64,000 bases of DNA from the NCBI GenBank assembly GCA_965238135.1, contig OZ250177.1, positions 2,336,599 to 2,400,598 of the forward strand, given 5' to 3'. The notes beneath the pieces were generated by a model, which was not told the origin of the DNA, made no database searches, and saw only the letters and a program-made list of their open reading frames with translations. The position numbers were made by a program, and so were the translations under genes. Source of the DNA: Candidatus Multivorans sp. Lineage in GTDB: Bacteria; Acidobacteriota; Thermoanaerobaculia; Multivoradales; Multivoraceae. Numbering within the stretch: position 1 is the first letter of the stretch; each line of letters opens with the position of its first letter. Shown here in pieces: positions 49,401 through 58,600 of this stretch.

Positions 49401-51329
49401 ATGGAGACGAAGAGCTTGGCCATAAAGAGTCCTTTCGTATCGATCCGAGGCGCGCGTAGGAGTTTCGCGGCGTCGATGTGCGCTCTCTCGACGGTTGCAT
49501 TCCTGCTGGTGGCGGCACCGCCGGCCTCGGCGCAGAAGAACAACGTCATCCTGTTCGTTGGCGACGGCATGGGGGTGTCGACTGTCACGTCCACTCGCAT
49601 TGCGACGGTTGGCGTCGACGGGGAGCTGGCTCTTGACCGCATGCCCTATACCGCCATCTCGCGGACTGCGTCGGCCGACTACATCACCCCCGACAGCGCC
49701 GCCACCATGTCGGCGATGATGACCGGCGTCAACACGAATTCCGGCGTGATCGGCTACGGCGCAACCACCGAGTACGCGGACTTCAACGGCAATGGCAACG
49801 GCCCGCCATTGACCAACATCGGCGAGTTGGCCACATCGCGCGGTTACGCGGTCGGGATCGTCACGACGACGCGCGTCACCCACGCGACGCCGGCGGCCGT
49901 CTTCGCGCATGTCAACGACCGCGGCCTGGAGAACGAGATTGCGGCGCAACTGGTACCGGGCGGAGCAGGCTACAACGGGAGGCTCGGAGAGGGGCTCCAC
50001 GTCATCTTCGGAGGCGGCAGGCGGTATTTCCTTCCCACTTCGGCGACCGACGAGGAGGGAAGTGCGGGACGGCGAACGGACGGCCGGGACTTGCGCGCCG
50101 AACTGCGGCAGCGAGGCTATCGCTACGTTTGGAACAAGCAGGGGTTCGATGCGCTGGGCCGGTCCGGACGGGCGGTTGGTCTGTTCGAGTCGAGTCATAT
50201 GGAGTACGAGTCGAACCGGGGGTCGGACACCGGCGGCGAGCCGAGCCTGGAGGAGATGACGAAGAAAGCGATCGAGATCCTGGCCGCTACCGGCAAGCCG
50301 TACTTCCTCATGGTGGAAGCGGGGCGAATCGACCATGCGCACCACGAAGGGAATGCCTTTCGCGCTTTCACCGATACCCGCATGTTCGATCGTGCGATCA
50401 ATGCCGCACGGCAGGCTGTCGATCTCAGAAAGACGCTGATCCTGGCGACCGCCGACCACAGCCACGTCTTCACGATCGCCGGCTACCCGATGCGACCGCT
50501 CACCGATCTGCGCTACAACCCCCGCTCGGTCCCGGCGTCGTTCCGCAACCGGCCGCACAACGGCATCCTGGATACGGTCTACGGCCTGGACAGTACGGGC
50601 GCCATCGTCGAGAACGGGGACAATGACGGCGTTCCCTACACCGTCCTCGGCTATGCCAACGGGCCTGGGTATCGGAGGGGTTCGCGCGTCGATCCCAATA
50701 GCGACACCACGCCGGGTGTCGGCGGCGTCGTTCCCTCTAGTGCCAACGACTCGGCGTACCGGCAGGAGGCAACGGTACCGCTGTTTGCGGAGACGCACGG
50801 CGGCGAAGACGTCATGATCTACGCGGTCGGCCGCACGGCAGAGAACGTGCGTGGCACTGTGCCCAACACGCAGGTGTTCGAGTGGATCAAGGACGGTTTC
50901 TCCGGGAGGAGCACCGGCACACCGCAACCCGACCCGGATCCTGACCCGGATCCCGATCCGGATCCGCCGCCGCCGGCGACTCCGGCCTGCACCCCGACAA
51001 CCACGTCACTCGAATTCGACGGTGGCTACAAAGTCAGCATGTGCTACCTCACGCCCAGCGGGGAGGAAGGCCAGGCCAAGGCCGACATCTGGGCCTCCGA
51101 CCAGTCCGGCATCCTGTGGTTCTTCGACCGCAGCAACGCCGAGGTCCTCGTCAAGGTGCTCGACGGTTGCAAGCACAACGGCTACCGCTGGGTCTTCGTG
51201 GCGCCGGTCACCACCCTCGAGTTCGACCTCTGGGTGACGGGACCCGACGGCAGCCGCTGGACGCACAGCAACCAGCAGGGTGTGACCGCCGCCACCAAGA
51301 GCGACATCAAGGCGTTCCGTTGCCAATAG
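49401..51329 (+). CDS. phoA: Secreted alkaline phosphatase (PhoA family) with PD-repeat linker and ~115-aa Cys-flanked C-terminal domain
   Basis: Signal peptide; LFVGDGMG, active-site Ser region TPDSAATMSAMMTG, metal ligands (DHAHH, ADHSH); linker PQPDPDPDPDPDPPPP; C-terminal domain homologous to the C-terminus of the giant protease at 55622. Confidence 0.85.
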   Translation: METKSLAIKSPFVSIRGARRSFAASMCALSTVAFLLVAAPPASAQKNNVILFVGDGMGVSTVTSTRIATVGVDGELALDRMPYTAISRTASADYITPDSAATMSAMMTGVNTNSGVIGYGATTEYADFNGNGNGPPLTNIGELATSRGYAVGIVTTTRVTHATPAAVFAHVNDRGLENEIAAQLVPGGAGYNGRLGEGLHVIFGGGRRYFLPTSATDEEGSAGRRTDGRDLRAELRQRGYRYVWNKQGFDALGRSGRAVGLFESSHMEYESNRGSDTGGEPSLEEMTKKAIEILAATGKPYFLMVEAGRIDHAHHEGNAFRAFTDTRMFDRAINAARQAVDLRKTLILATADHSHVFTIAGYPMRPLTDLRYNPRSVPASFRNRPHNGILDTVYGLDSTGAIVENGDNDGVPYTVLGYANGPGYRRGSRVDPNSDTTPGVGGVVPSSANDSAYRQEATVPLFAETHGGEDVMIYAVGRTAENVRGTVPNTQVFEWIKDGFSGRSTGTPQPDPDPDPDPDPDPPPPATPACTPTTTSLEFDGGYKVSMCYLTPSGEEGQAKADIWASDQSGILWFFDRSNAEVLVKVLDGCKHNGYRWVFVAPVTTLEFDLWVTGPDGSRWTHSNQQGVTAATKSDIKAFRCQ

Positions 51330-51362
51330 GAATGGACCCTGGCAGTTGCTGCGGGACGGCGC

Positions 51363-54300
51363 CTACATGCTGCGGCGGTACTCGCCACCGACGCGGTACA
51401 GCGCGTCCGAGATCTGGCCGAGCGAACAGTGCTTCACCGTCTCCATCAGTTCCTCGAACACGTTGCCGCGCCGCCGCGCCACCTCTTGCAGACGCGCTAG
51501 CGCCGCCGGGGCCCGCTCGCCGTGGTGGCGGTGGAAAGCGGTGAGGCTCTCGATCTGCTGCTGCTTCTCGCCGTCCGTCGAGCGGATGAGTTCCGCTGCG
51601 ACCGTCTCCGCGAACTCCTGGCCCTCGGCGAGGAAGGTGTTCACGCCGACCACGGGCAGGCTGCCGTCGTGCTTCTTCGTCTCGTACTCCATGCTCTCGT
51701 CCTGGATCTTGGAACGCTGGTACATCGTGTCCATCGCCGCCAGCACGCCGCCGCGCTCGGCCAGGCGCTCGAACTCCAGGAATACTGCCTGCTCCACCGC
51801 ATCGGTCAGTTGATCCAGGGCGAAGGACCCCTGCCACGGGTTCTCGCTCCGGTTGAGACCGAACTCCCGGTTGATGATCATCTGGATCGCCAGCGCCCGC
51901 CGCACGGACTGCTCGGTCGGCGTCGTGATCGCCTCGTCAAAGGCGTTCGTGTGCAGCGAGTTGCAGCGGTCGAGGATGCCGTAGAGCGCCTGCAGCGTGG
52001 TGCGGATGTCGTTGAACTGGATCTCCTGCGCGTGCAGCGAGCGACCGGAGGTCTGGATGTGGTACTTCAGCATCTGGCTGCGCGCCGAGGCGCCGTACCG
52101 CTGGCGCATCGCCCTCGCCCAGATGCGGCGCGCCACGCGGCCGATCACGGCGTACTCGGGGTCCATGCCGTTCGAGAAGAAGAAGGACAGGTTGGGGGCG
52201 AAGTCGTCGATCGCCATGCCCCGCGCCAGGTAGTACTCGACGATCGTGAAGCCGTTGGCGAGTGTGAACGCCAACTGGGTGATCGGGTTCGCCCCGGCCT
52301 CGGCGATGTGGTACCCGCTGACCGAAGCGCTGTAGTAGTTACGGACGTTGTGATCGATGAAGAACTGCTGGACATCGCCCATCATCCGCAGTGAGAACTC
52401 GGTTGAGAAGATGCAGGTGTTCTGCGCCTGGTCCTCCTTCAGGATGTCCGCCTGCACCGTGCCCCGCACTCGCCCCAGGGCATCCGACCGGATCCGCTCG
52501 TAGATCTCGCGCTCCACCAAACGGTCGCCGGCGATGCCGAGCAGCGCCAGACCCAGGCCGTCGCTGCCTTCCGGCAACTCGCCGCGATAGACCGGCACGT
52601 CGCCGTCGTAGCGCCGGCTGATCTCTGCTCGAGCGCGCTCAAGGCCGCCGGTCTCCTGCAAATGGCATTCGACCTGCTGGTCGATCGCCGCGTTCATGAA
52701 GAAGGCGAGGATGGTCGGCGCAGGGCCGTTGATCGTCATCGACACCGAGGTCGCCGGATCGCATAGATCGAAGCCCGAGTACAGGCGTTTCATGTCGTCG
52801 ACCGTGGCGATCGACACGCCGGAGTTCCCGACCTTGCCGTAGATGTCGGGCCGCAGCCCCGGGTCCGAACCGTAGAGGGTGACCGAGTCGAAGGCCGTCG
52901 ACAGGCGGGAAGCCGGCTGCCCGCGCGACACATAGTGGAAGCGCTTGTTCGTGCGTTCCGCGATCCCCTCGCCGGCGAACATCCGGGTCGGCTCCTCGCC
53001 GCGCCGCCGGTAGGGATAGACGCCGGCGGTGTACGGATAGGCGCCCGGCAGGTTGTGCTTCATCAGGAAGCGCAGCAGGTCGCCCCAGTCGGAGTAGCTC
53101 GGCAGCGCCAGTTTCGGCATCCGCAGGTGGCTGAGGGTCGTGACGTAGTTGTCGCCCGTGATCTCGCGGCCGCGGACCGGGTAGCTGTAGCGCTCCGAGC
53201 GAGCGGCTGCCGCACGCTCGGGCCACTCCGCTAAGAGCTCCACCGCCTCAGCGCCGACTTCAAGAAGCGCCTCCTGGTAGCTCGTGCGCAGACGCGCGAC
53301 GCTCTCGTCCGGCGCGGTTTCGAGGACTGCCGATGGGTATGCGGCAAACGGCTTCGGCAGCTCCGGATCCTCCAGCTCGGCAAGCGCCCGGTAGCACGAC
53401 TGCGCCTTCGAGGCGGCCACAGCGCGAAGCTCGACATCGGCCTCGGCAGCCCGCGCGGCCTCCGCGATCTCGGCCAGGTAACGGCTGCGATGGTCGGGAA
53501 TCAGGGCCGCCGCCCGCGGTGCGCGTTCGTCGATGTCGATCTGCGGGGTCCAGGCGACCTCGTCCAGATCGAGCCGCTCGTGCAGCAACCGGCAGACATT
53601 CCAGAACATCCAGTTGACGCCGGGGTCCTGGAACTGGCTGGCGATCGTCGGGTAGACGGGCACCTCCTCGTCACCGGTCTGGAAGGCAAGGCGGTTGCGG
53701 CGCCACTGCTTGCGGATGTCGCGCAGCGCGTCCTGGCCGCCCCGCCGATCGAACTTGTTCAGCACGATCACGTCCGCGAAGTCGAGCATGTCGATCTTCT
53801 CGAGCTGGCTCGCCGCGCCGTAGTCCGAAGTCATCACGTACATCGAGAGATCCACCAGATCGACGATCTCGCTGTCGCTCTGACCGATGCCCGCGGTCTC
53901 GACCAGGACCAGGGAGAACCCGGACGCCTTGAGCAGCGACACCGCATCGCCCAGCACTTCGCTGGTCGCGCGGTGCTGGCGTCGCGTCGCCATCGACCGC
54001 ATGAACACCCGGTCGCTGCGCAAGCTGTTCATGCGGATTCGGTCGCCGAGCAGGGCGCCGCCGGTGCGACGCCGGGTCGGGTCGACCGCCAGCACGGCAA
54101 TCCGCCGCTCGGCGACGGCAGCCGGGAAGCACAGAACAAAGCGGTTCAGCAGCTCGTCGGCGACGCTGCTCTTGCCGGCGCCGCCGGTACCGGTCAGGCC
54201 CACGACCGGCACGCCGGCCCCCGCAAGCTGCCATTCCTTGCGCAGGCGCCGCAGCTCGGACTCGTTCACGGCGCCGCGCTCGATCGCGGACAGCAGCCGT

Positions 54301-54827
54301 GACAGGTTCCCGTCGCCATCCGGATTCGCCGCCACCCGCACCGTGAACCGCGGCTCGGGCGCCGGCCGGCGCTTCGCGTGGACGCGTTCAACGACATCGT
54401 CGATCATCGCCGGCAGGCCCATCTTCAACCCGTCGTCCGGGTGGTACACGCGTTCGACGCCGTATGCCTGCAGCTCGGCGATCTCCTCGGGCGTAATCGT
54501 GCCGCCGCCGCCGCCGAAGACCAGGACGTGCCCGGCGCCCTCCTCGGCCAAGCGGTCGATCATGTACTGGAAGAACTCGATGTGGCCGCCCTGGTAGGAA
54601 CTGATCGCGATCGCATCCGCGTCCTCCTGCACCGCGGCGCGCACGATCTCGTCGACGCCGCGGTTGTGGCCCAGATGGATGACCTCGGCGCCGCGATCCT
54701 GGATCATCCGCCGCATGATGTGGATCGCCGCGTCGTGACCGTCGAACAGCGACGCCGCGGTCACGAACCGCAGCGGGCTGGCATCCCGGGCGGGACTGGA
54801 ACTGCGTCTCGGTTCGGGTGTGGTCAT
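51363..54827 (-). CDS. icmF: Fused isobutyryl-CoA mutase (B12-binding domain + MeaB-like G-protein + mutase catalytic domain)
   Basis: N-terminal B12-binding DGHDAAIHIMRR, central MeaB GTPase (GLTGTGGAGKSS, NKFDR), C-terminal methylmalonyl-CoA-mutase-like TIM barrel; 1154 aa. Confidence 0.9.
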   Translation of the reverse strand: MTTPEPRRSSSPARDASPLRFVTAASLFDGHDAAIHIMRRMIQDRGAEVIHLGHNRGVDEIVRAAVQEDADAIAISSYQGGHIEFFQYMIDRLAEEGAGHVLVFGGGGGTITPEEIAELQAYGVERVYHPDDGLKMGLPAMIDDVVERVHAKRRPAPEPRFTVRVAANPDGDGNLSRLLSAIERGAVNESELRRLRKEWQLAGAGVPVVGLTGTGGAGKSSVADELLNRFVLCFPAAVAERRIAVLAVDPTRRRTGGALLGDRIRMNSLRSDRVFMRSMATRRQHRATSEVLGDAVSLLKASGFSLVLVETAGIGQSDSEIVDLVDLSMYVMTSDYGAASQLEKIDMLDFADVIVLNKFDRRGGQDALRDIRKQWRRNRLAFQTGDEEVPVYPTIASQFQDPGVNWMFWNVCRLLHERLDLDEVAWTPQIDIDERAPRAAALIPDHRSRYLAEIAEAARAAEADVELRAVAASKAQSCYRALAELEDPELPKPFAAYPSAVLETAPDESVARLRTSYQEALLEVGAEAVELLAEWPERAAAARSERYSYPVRGREITGDNYVTTLSHLRMPKLALPSYSDWGDLLRFLMKHNLPGAYPYTAGVYPYRRRGEEPTRMFAGEGIAERTNKRFHYVSRGQPASRLSTAFDSVTLYGSDPGLRPDIYGKVGNSGVSIATVDDMKRLYSGFDLCDPATSVSMTINGPAPTILAFFMNAAIDQQVECHLQETGGLERARAEISRRYDGDVPVYRGELPEGSDGLGLALLGIAGDRLVEREIYERIRSDALGRVRGTVQADILKEDQAQNTCIFSTEFSLRMMGDVQQFFIDHNVRNYYSASVSGYHIAEAGANPITQLAFTLANGFTIVEYYLARGMAIDDFAPNLSFFFSNGMDPEYAVIGRVARRIWARAMRQRYGASARSQMLKYHIQTSGRSLHAQEIQFNDIRTTLQALYGILDRCNSLHTNAFDEAITTPTEQSVRRALAIQMIINREFGLNRSENPWQGSFALDQLTDAVEQAVFLEFERLAERGGVLAAMDTMYQRSKIQDESMEYETKKHDGSLPVVGVNTFLAEGQEFAETVAAELIRSTDGEKQQQIESLTAFHRHHGERAPAALARLQEVARRRGNVFEELMETVKHCSLGQISDALYRVGGEYRRSM

Positions 54828-54875
54828 GCTACGGTGCGCTCGCGAAAGACGCCTGTTGGAAGTCTATCGCCGCCG

Positions 54876-54884
54876 GGAAGGAGG
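54876..54884 (+). promoter_or_regulatory. Ribosome-binding site GGAAGGAGG 6 nt upstream of TTG start at 54891
   Basis: Read directly. Confidence 0.5.
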
Positions 54885-54890
54885 TCATCC

Positions 54891-55550
54891 TTGAACGCTT
54901 CGCACGCCCTTTCCACCTTGGCCGTCCTGGCCGGCTTGGCCGGCCTGCTCCTGACGGGAGCGCCCGCTGTTTCTCAACAGGACGCGGGGTCACGCCGAGC
55001 TGACTCCAGCCCGGCGGCCAGCGAAGCAGCCGACGCCGAAGCCGCAGCAGCAGCACGCCGGGAGCGTTTGCGGCGCTTCCGCTACGGCAACCTCGCCGAA
55101 ATCGAGCTGGGCGGCAAGCAGGTGATGATCTCCTACCCCGACTTGGCAGCGGACAGTGACGATCACCGCACGTTCGAGGCGCTACAAGCCGGTGAAGTTT
55201 CGTCCTGGAAGAGCGGCAAGGCCATCAAGCTCACCGCCCACACGTCGCTCTCCTTCGCTGGCGTCGTCGTGCCATTCGGCAACGCTTCGCCCAACTATCC
55301 GGGCGTCTACAGCCTATGGCCCAAGCGCACCGCGGACGGCTGGAGTCTGGTGTTCAACCACGACGCCGACATCTGGGGCACCCAACGCGACTCTGCCAAG
55401 GATGCGGCCGAGGTACCTCTCGAACACTCCCGAACCGACAACCCCACCGACAAGCTCGTCGTCGAGTTCCTGGAGGTCTCGCCGGGCGCGGTTCTTCGCA
55501 TCGCCTGGGGCAGCCACCAGTTCCTGGCAGCGCTCGAGAGAGCCAAGTAG
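54891..55550 (+). CDS. Small secreted protein, DUF2911-like
   Basis: TTG start with strong RBS; signal peptide LSTLAVLAGLAGLLLTGAPAVSQQ; 219 aa; pattern resembles DUF2911 periplasmic proteins (tentative). The upstream part of ORF 54378..55550 is antisense to icmF. Confidence 0.6.
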   Translation: MNASHALSTLAVLAGLAGLLLTGAPAVSQQDAGSRRADSSPAASEAADAEAAAAARRERLRRFRYGNLAEIELGGKQVMISYPDLAADSDDHRTFEALQAGEVSSWKSGKAIKLTAHTSLSFAGVVVPFGNASPNYPGVYSLWPKRTADGWSLVFNHDADIWGTQRDSAKDAAEVPLEHSRTDNPTDKLVVEFLEVSPGAVLRIAWGSHQFLAALERAK

Positions 55551-55621
55551 GCGGAACTCCGCGCCGGCAGCGCCGCCGGGGAGGTCCTTTTCAGATCCGA
55601 GAAAGCCGACATCCGGCGGCG

Positions 55622-58600
55622 CTACGGCTCGCAGCCCTCCGCGAACGCCGTCGCATCCGTGATCGCCGGCGCCGGCAGGCCCGGCTCGTTCCGGTACTCC
55701 TTCGCCGTACCCGTCACCGTGTCCGTCACCCGGATCAAGTACCCCAGATCCGTCGTCGAGGCCCCGAACACCCACACGTGACCGTTCAGTGCACAACCGT
55801 CCAGCACCTTGATCAGCACTTCCCAGTTGTCCCGGTCGAAGAACCGGAACAGACCCGAGTCGTTCGTCCCAGCATGGACCACGATGCCTCTACCGCTGTG
55901 CCCTTCGCCGTTCCACCAGTCCACGACCACGGAGTAGCGCGAGTCCTGAAGGCACCGCGTCTCCGGGTCCGCCTCGCACGTCCCCGCCGGGTCGCTCGAC
56001 TCCACCAGGAAGGTCCGCGACGCCGTCGACTCCCGCATGCCGTCACTCACCCACAGCGTCACCTCGTAGAAGCCCGGCTCAGACCAACTGCGATCCAACG
56101 TTCGCGCACCCAACTCCGCACCGTCACCGAAATCCCACCTCCGCGACTGAATCGGCCCGTTGCTCCTATCCGTGAATCGCACCGACTGCCCGGTGACAGC
56201 CCGGCACAGCTCGGCGTCGCACGCGGCGCCACCCACATCGATGGTGGCCATCGGCGGTGTGTCGTCGTCCTGGATCGACACCGTCGTCCCGGCGCCGCCG
56301 CTCACCCCCGACGGCAGATCCCCGAAACCAACCACGACCGACTCGCCGTAGTCCTCATCGCTGTCGTCCGTCGCCGAGAACTCGAACTCCCGGGTCGTTG
56401 TGCCGCTACTGAACACCACGCTCGCGGGCACACCCGAATAGTCGGCATCCATCGCTCCGCCCAGGTGCGTGTGTACCAGCGGAATCGTCAACTCCCGCTC
56501 CGGGTCCCCGCTCAACTGCACCGACACCCGAACCGTCCCGCCTTCCGACACCTCGTAGCCCGACGACCCGAACGACACCGATACCTCCGGATCGTCGTCA
56601 TCCCGAATCGTCCCCGTCACTTGTAGTTCGGCGCCGCCGCCGGCCAGCGACGCGTTCGCCGGGTTGCGAAGCGTCAACGTGAATGTCTCCGCTTCTGCCT
56701 CGTCGTTACCATCGTCCGTGATCGCAACGCGAATGAGCTGGGCCGCAGTCGTCCTGGCGGGAAACGTCAGTGTGCCGCTCGTCGCCGTGAAGTCCGAACC
56801 CGCGCGCGCGCCGGCGGAACCCGCTCCATCCGCTGTGGCGTAGTCCACCGTCACCGCCGAACTGCTCGCCGCGCTCAGCATCACGGCGAACACGACCGCC
56901 CCGGCGCTCTCCGATGCCTCAGACCCTTCGACCGACACCATCGGCCTGGGGCTACCGCTACCGCCACCGCCGCCACCGCCACCGCCACCGCGATCCCCAT
57001 CGTTGTCCAGGATCGCCAACGTGGTTCCACCGCCACCGCTGACCCGCGCCGGCAGGGTCCCGAAACTCAGCACAACCGCTTCGCCGTCGTCATCTTCGCT
57101 GTCGTCTGTCGCCGTGAACGGGAACTCCCGTTCCGTCTCCCCGCTCGCGAACACGACGCTCGACGGCAACCCCGAGTAGTCGAGTTCCTCCACTCCGCCT
57201 CGGGGCGTCTTCACCAGGGGAATCACCACCCGTCGCTCCGGATCGGCGCTCAGATTCACGCTCACCTGCACGCTGCCGCCCTCGGTCACTTCATAGCTCG
57301 TCTTGCCGAACGACACCACCACCTCGGGATCGTCGTCGTCACGAATCGTCCCCACCGCGGTCAGACGCGGCCCGCCGCCCGCAAGCGGCGCGCCCCGCGC
57401 GTCGAACAGCCTCAACGTGAACGTCTCCTCTTCCTCCTCGTCCACAAGGTCGTCGACGACCACTATATGGATCTCCCGAACTCCCGTCGTCCCGGCGGGG
57501 AAGGTCAGCGTGCCGTACACCGCCGTGTAGTCCGAGCCCACTGACGCCCTGTCGTCACCGGGCACCCCGCCCAATGACGCGTACTTCACCGTCACCTCGG
57601 CGCTGCTCGCGCTACTCAGCGCCACCTCGAACACCATCTCACCTACGCCCTCCGTCGCCCACGCGTCCTCGACCGACAGCGTCGGGGTGTCGTTCTCCAC
57701 GATCGTCACCTTGACCGAAGGAACCGGCACTAAACCGTAGTCGCCGCCGCTGGCCGCGTGGCGGATGGTCACCGGAGCGTCCGCCACACCGTCCGAGTCG
57801 TCGGCCGCCGTCACTTCGATCCCCTGCGCCCGGCTCCAGTTGCTCTGCGTGAACGTCAGCACCGTCCTGTCCACCGACACATCCGTGTGCGCCAGGTCCG
57901 TCGTCAGCCGGACTTCCACGGCCGCCGTCGGCTGCGAAGTCAACACCACCGTGTAACTCCTCGTACCGGCCTCCGGCACCAACAAACTCGGTTCCGAGAT
58001 GACCACCGCGCGCCGGTCGGTTTCGCCGATGGTGACCGTCACCGCGTCCACGGAGACATCCTGGTAGCCGCCGCCGCTCGCCGTATGGCTGATCGCCACC
58101 GGAGCGTCCGCCACCGCGTCCAGGTCGGCGACCGCCGTCACCTCGATCGTCTGCGCCAGCCTCCAGTTGTTCGTCGTGAAGGTCAGCGCCTGCCTGTCCA
58201 CCGACACGTCCGTATTCGCCGGCACCGTCACCGCCAGCGTCACCGGGGCGCTCGGCCGCGAATGCAGCGCCACCGTGTAGGTCCCGGTCGAGCCCTCCCG
58301 CAGACTCAGCGCCTGGGGCGCCACCGTCGCGCCGGGCGGACGGGGCGCCTGGTCGCCGAACTCCTCCCACGTCGCCTTCCCGTCCCCGTTCACATCCACC
58401 GACAGAATCGGGTACTGGGTGGCCGACCCGAAGTGCCAGGGGGAGTCGGTCACACCGTCGCCGTCGAGATCCACGTTCCAGGTCCGATAGATCCCGCTAT
58501 AGCCCGTGGGTGTCTGCAACTGTGCCGTCGTCTTGCCCTGGCCATGGGATCCGGTCGTCTGTCCGGATGTCTGGGTATCCCAGTAGCTCGCGCGGATCTC

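Noticed and set aside
54378-54890. 5' part of plus ORF 54378..55550
   Set aside because: Antisense to icmF; real gene starts at TTG 54891 with strong RBS and signal peptide.
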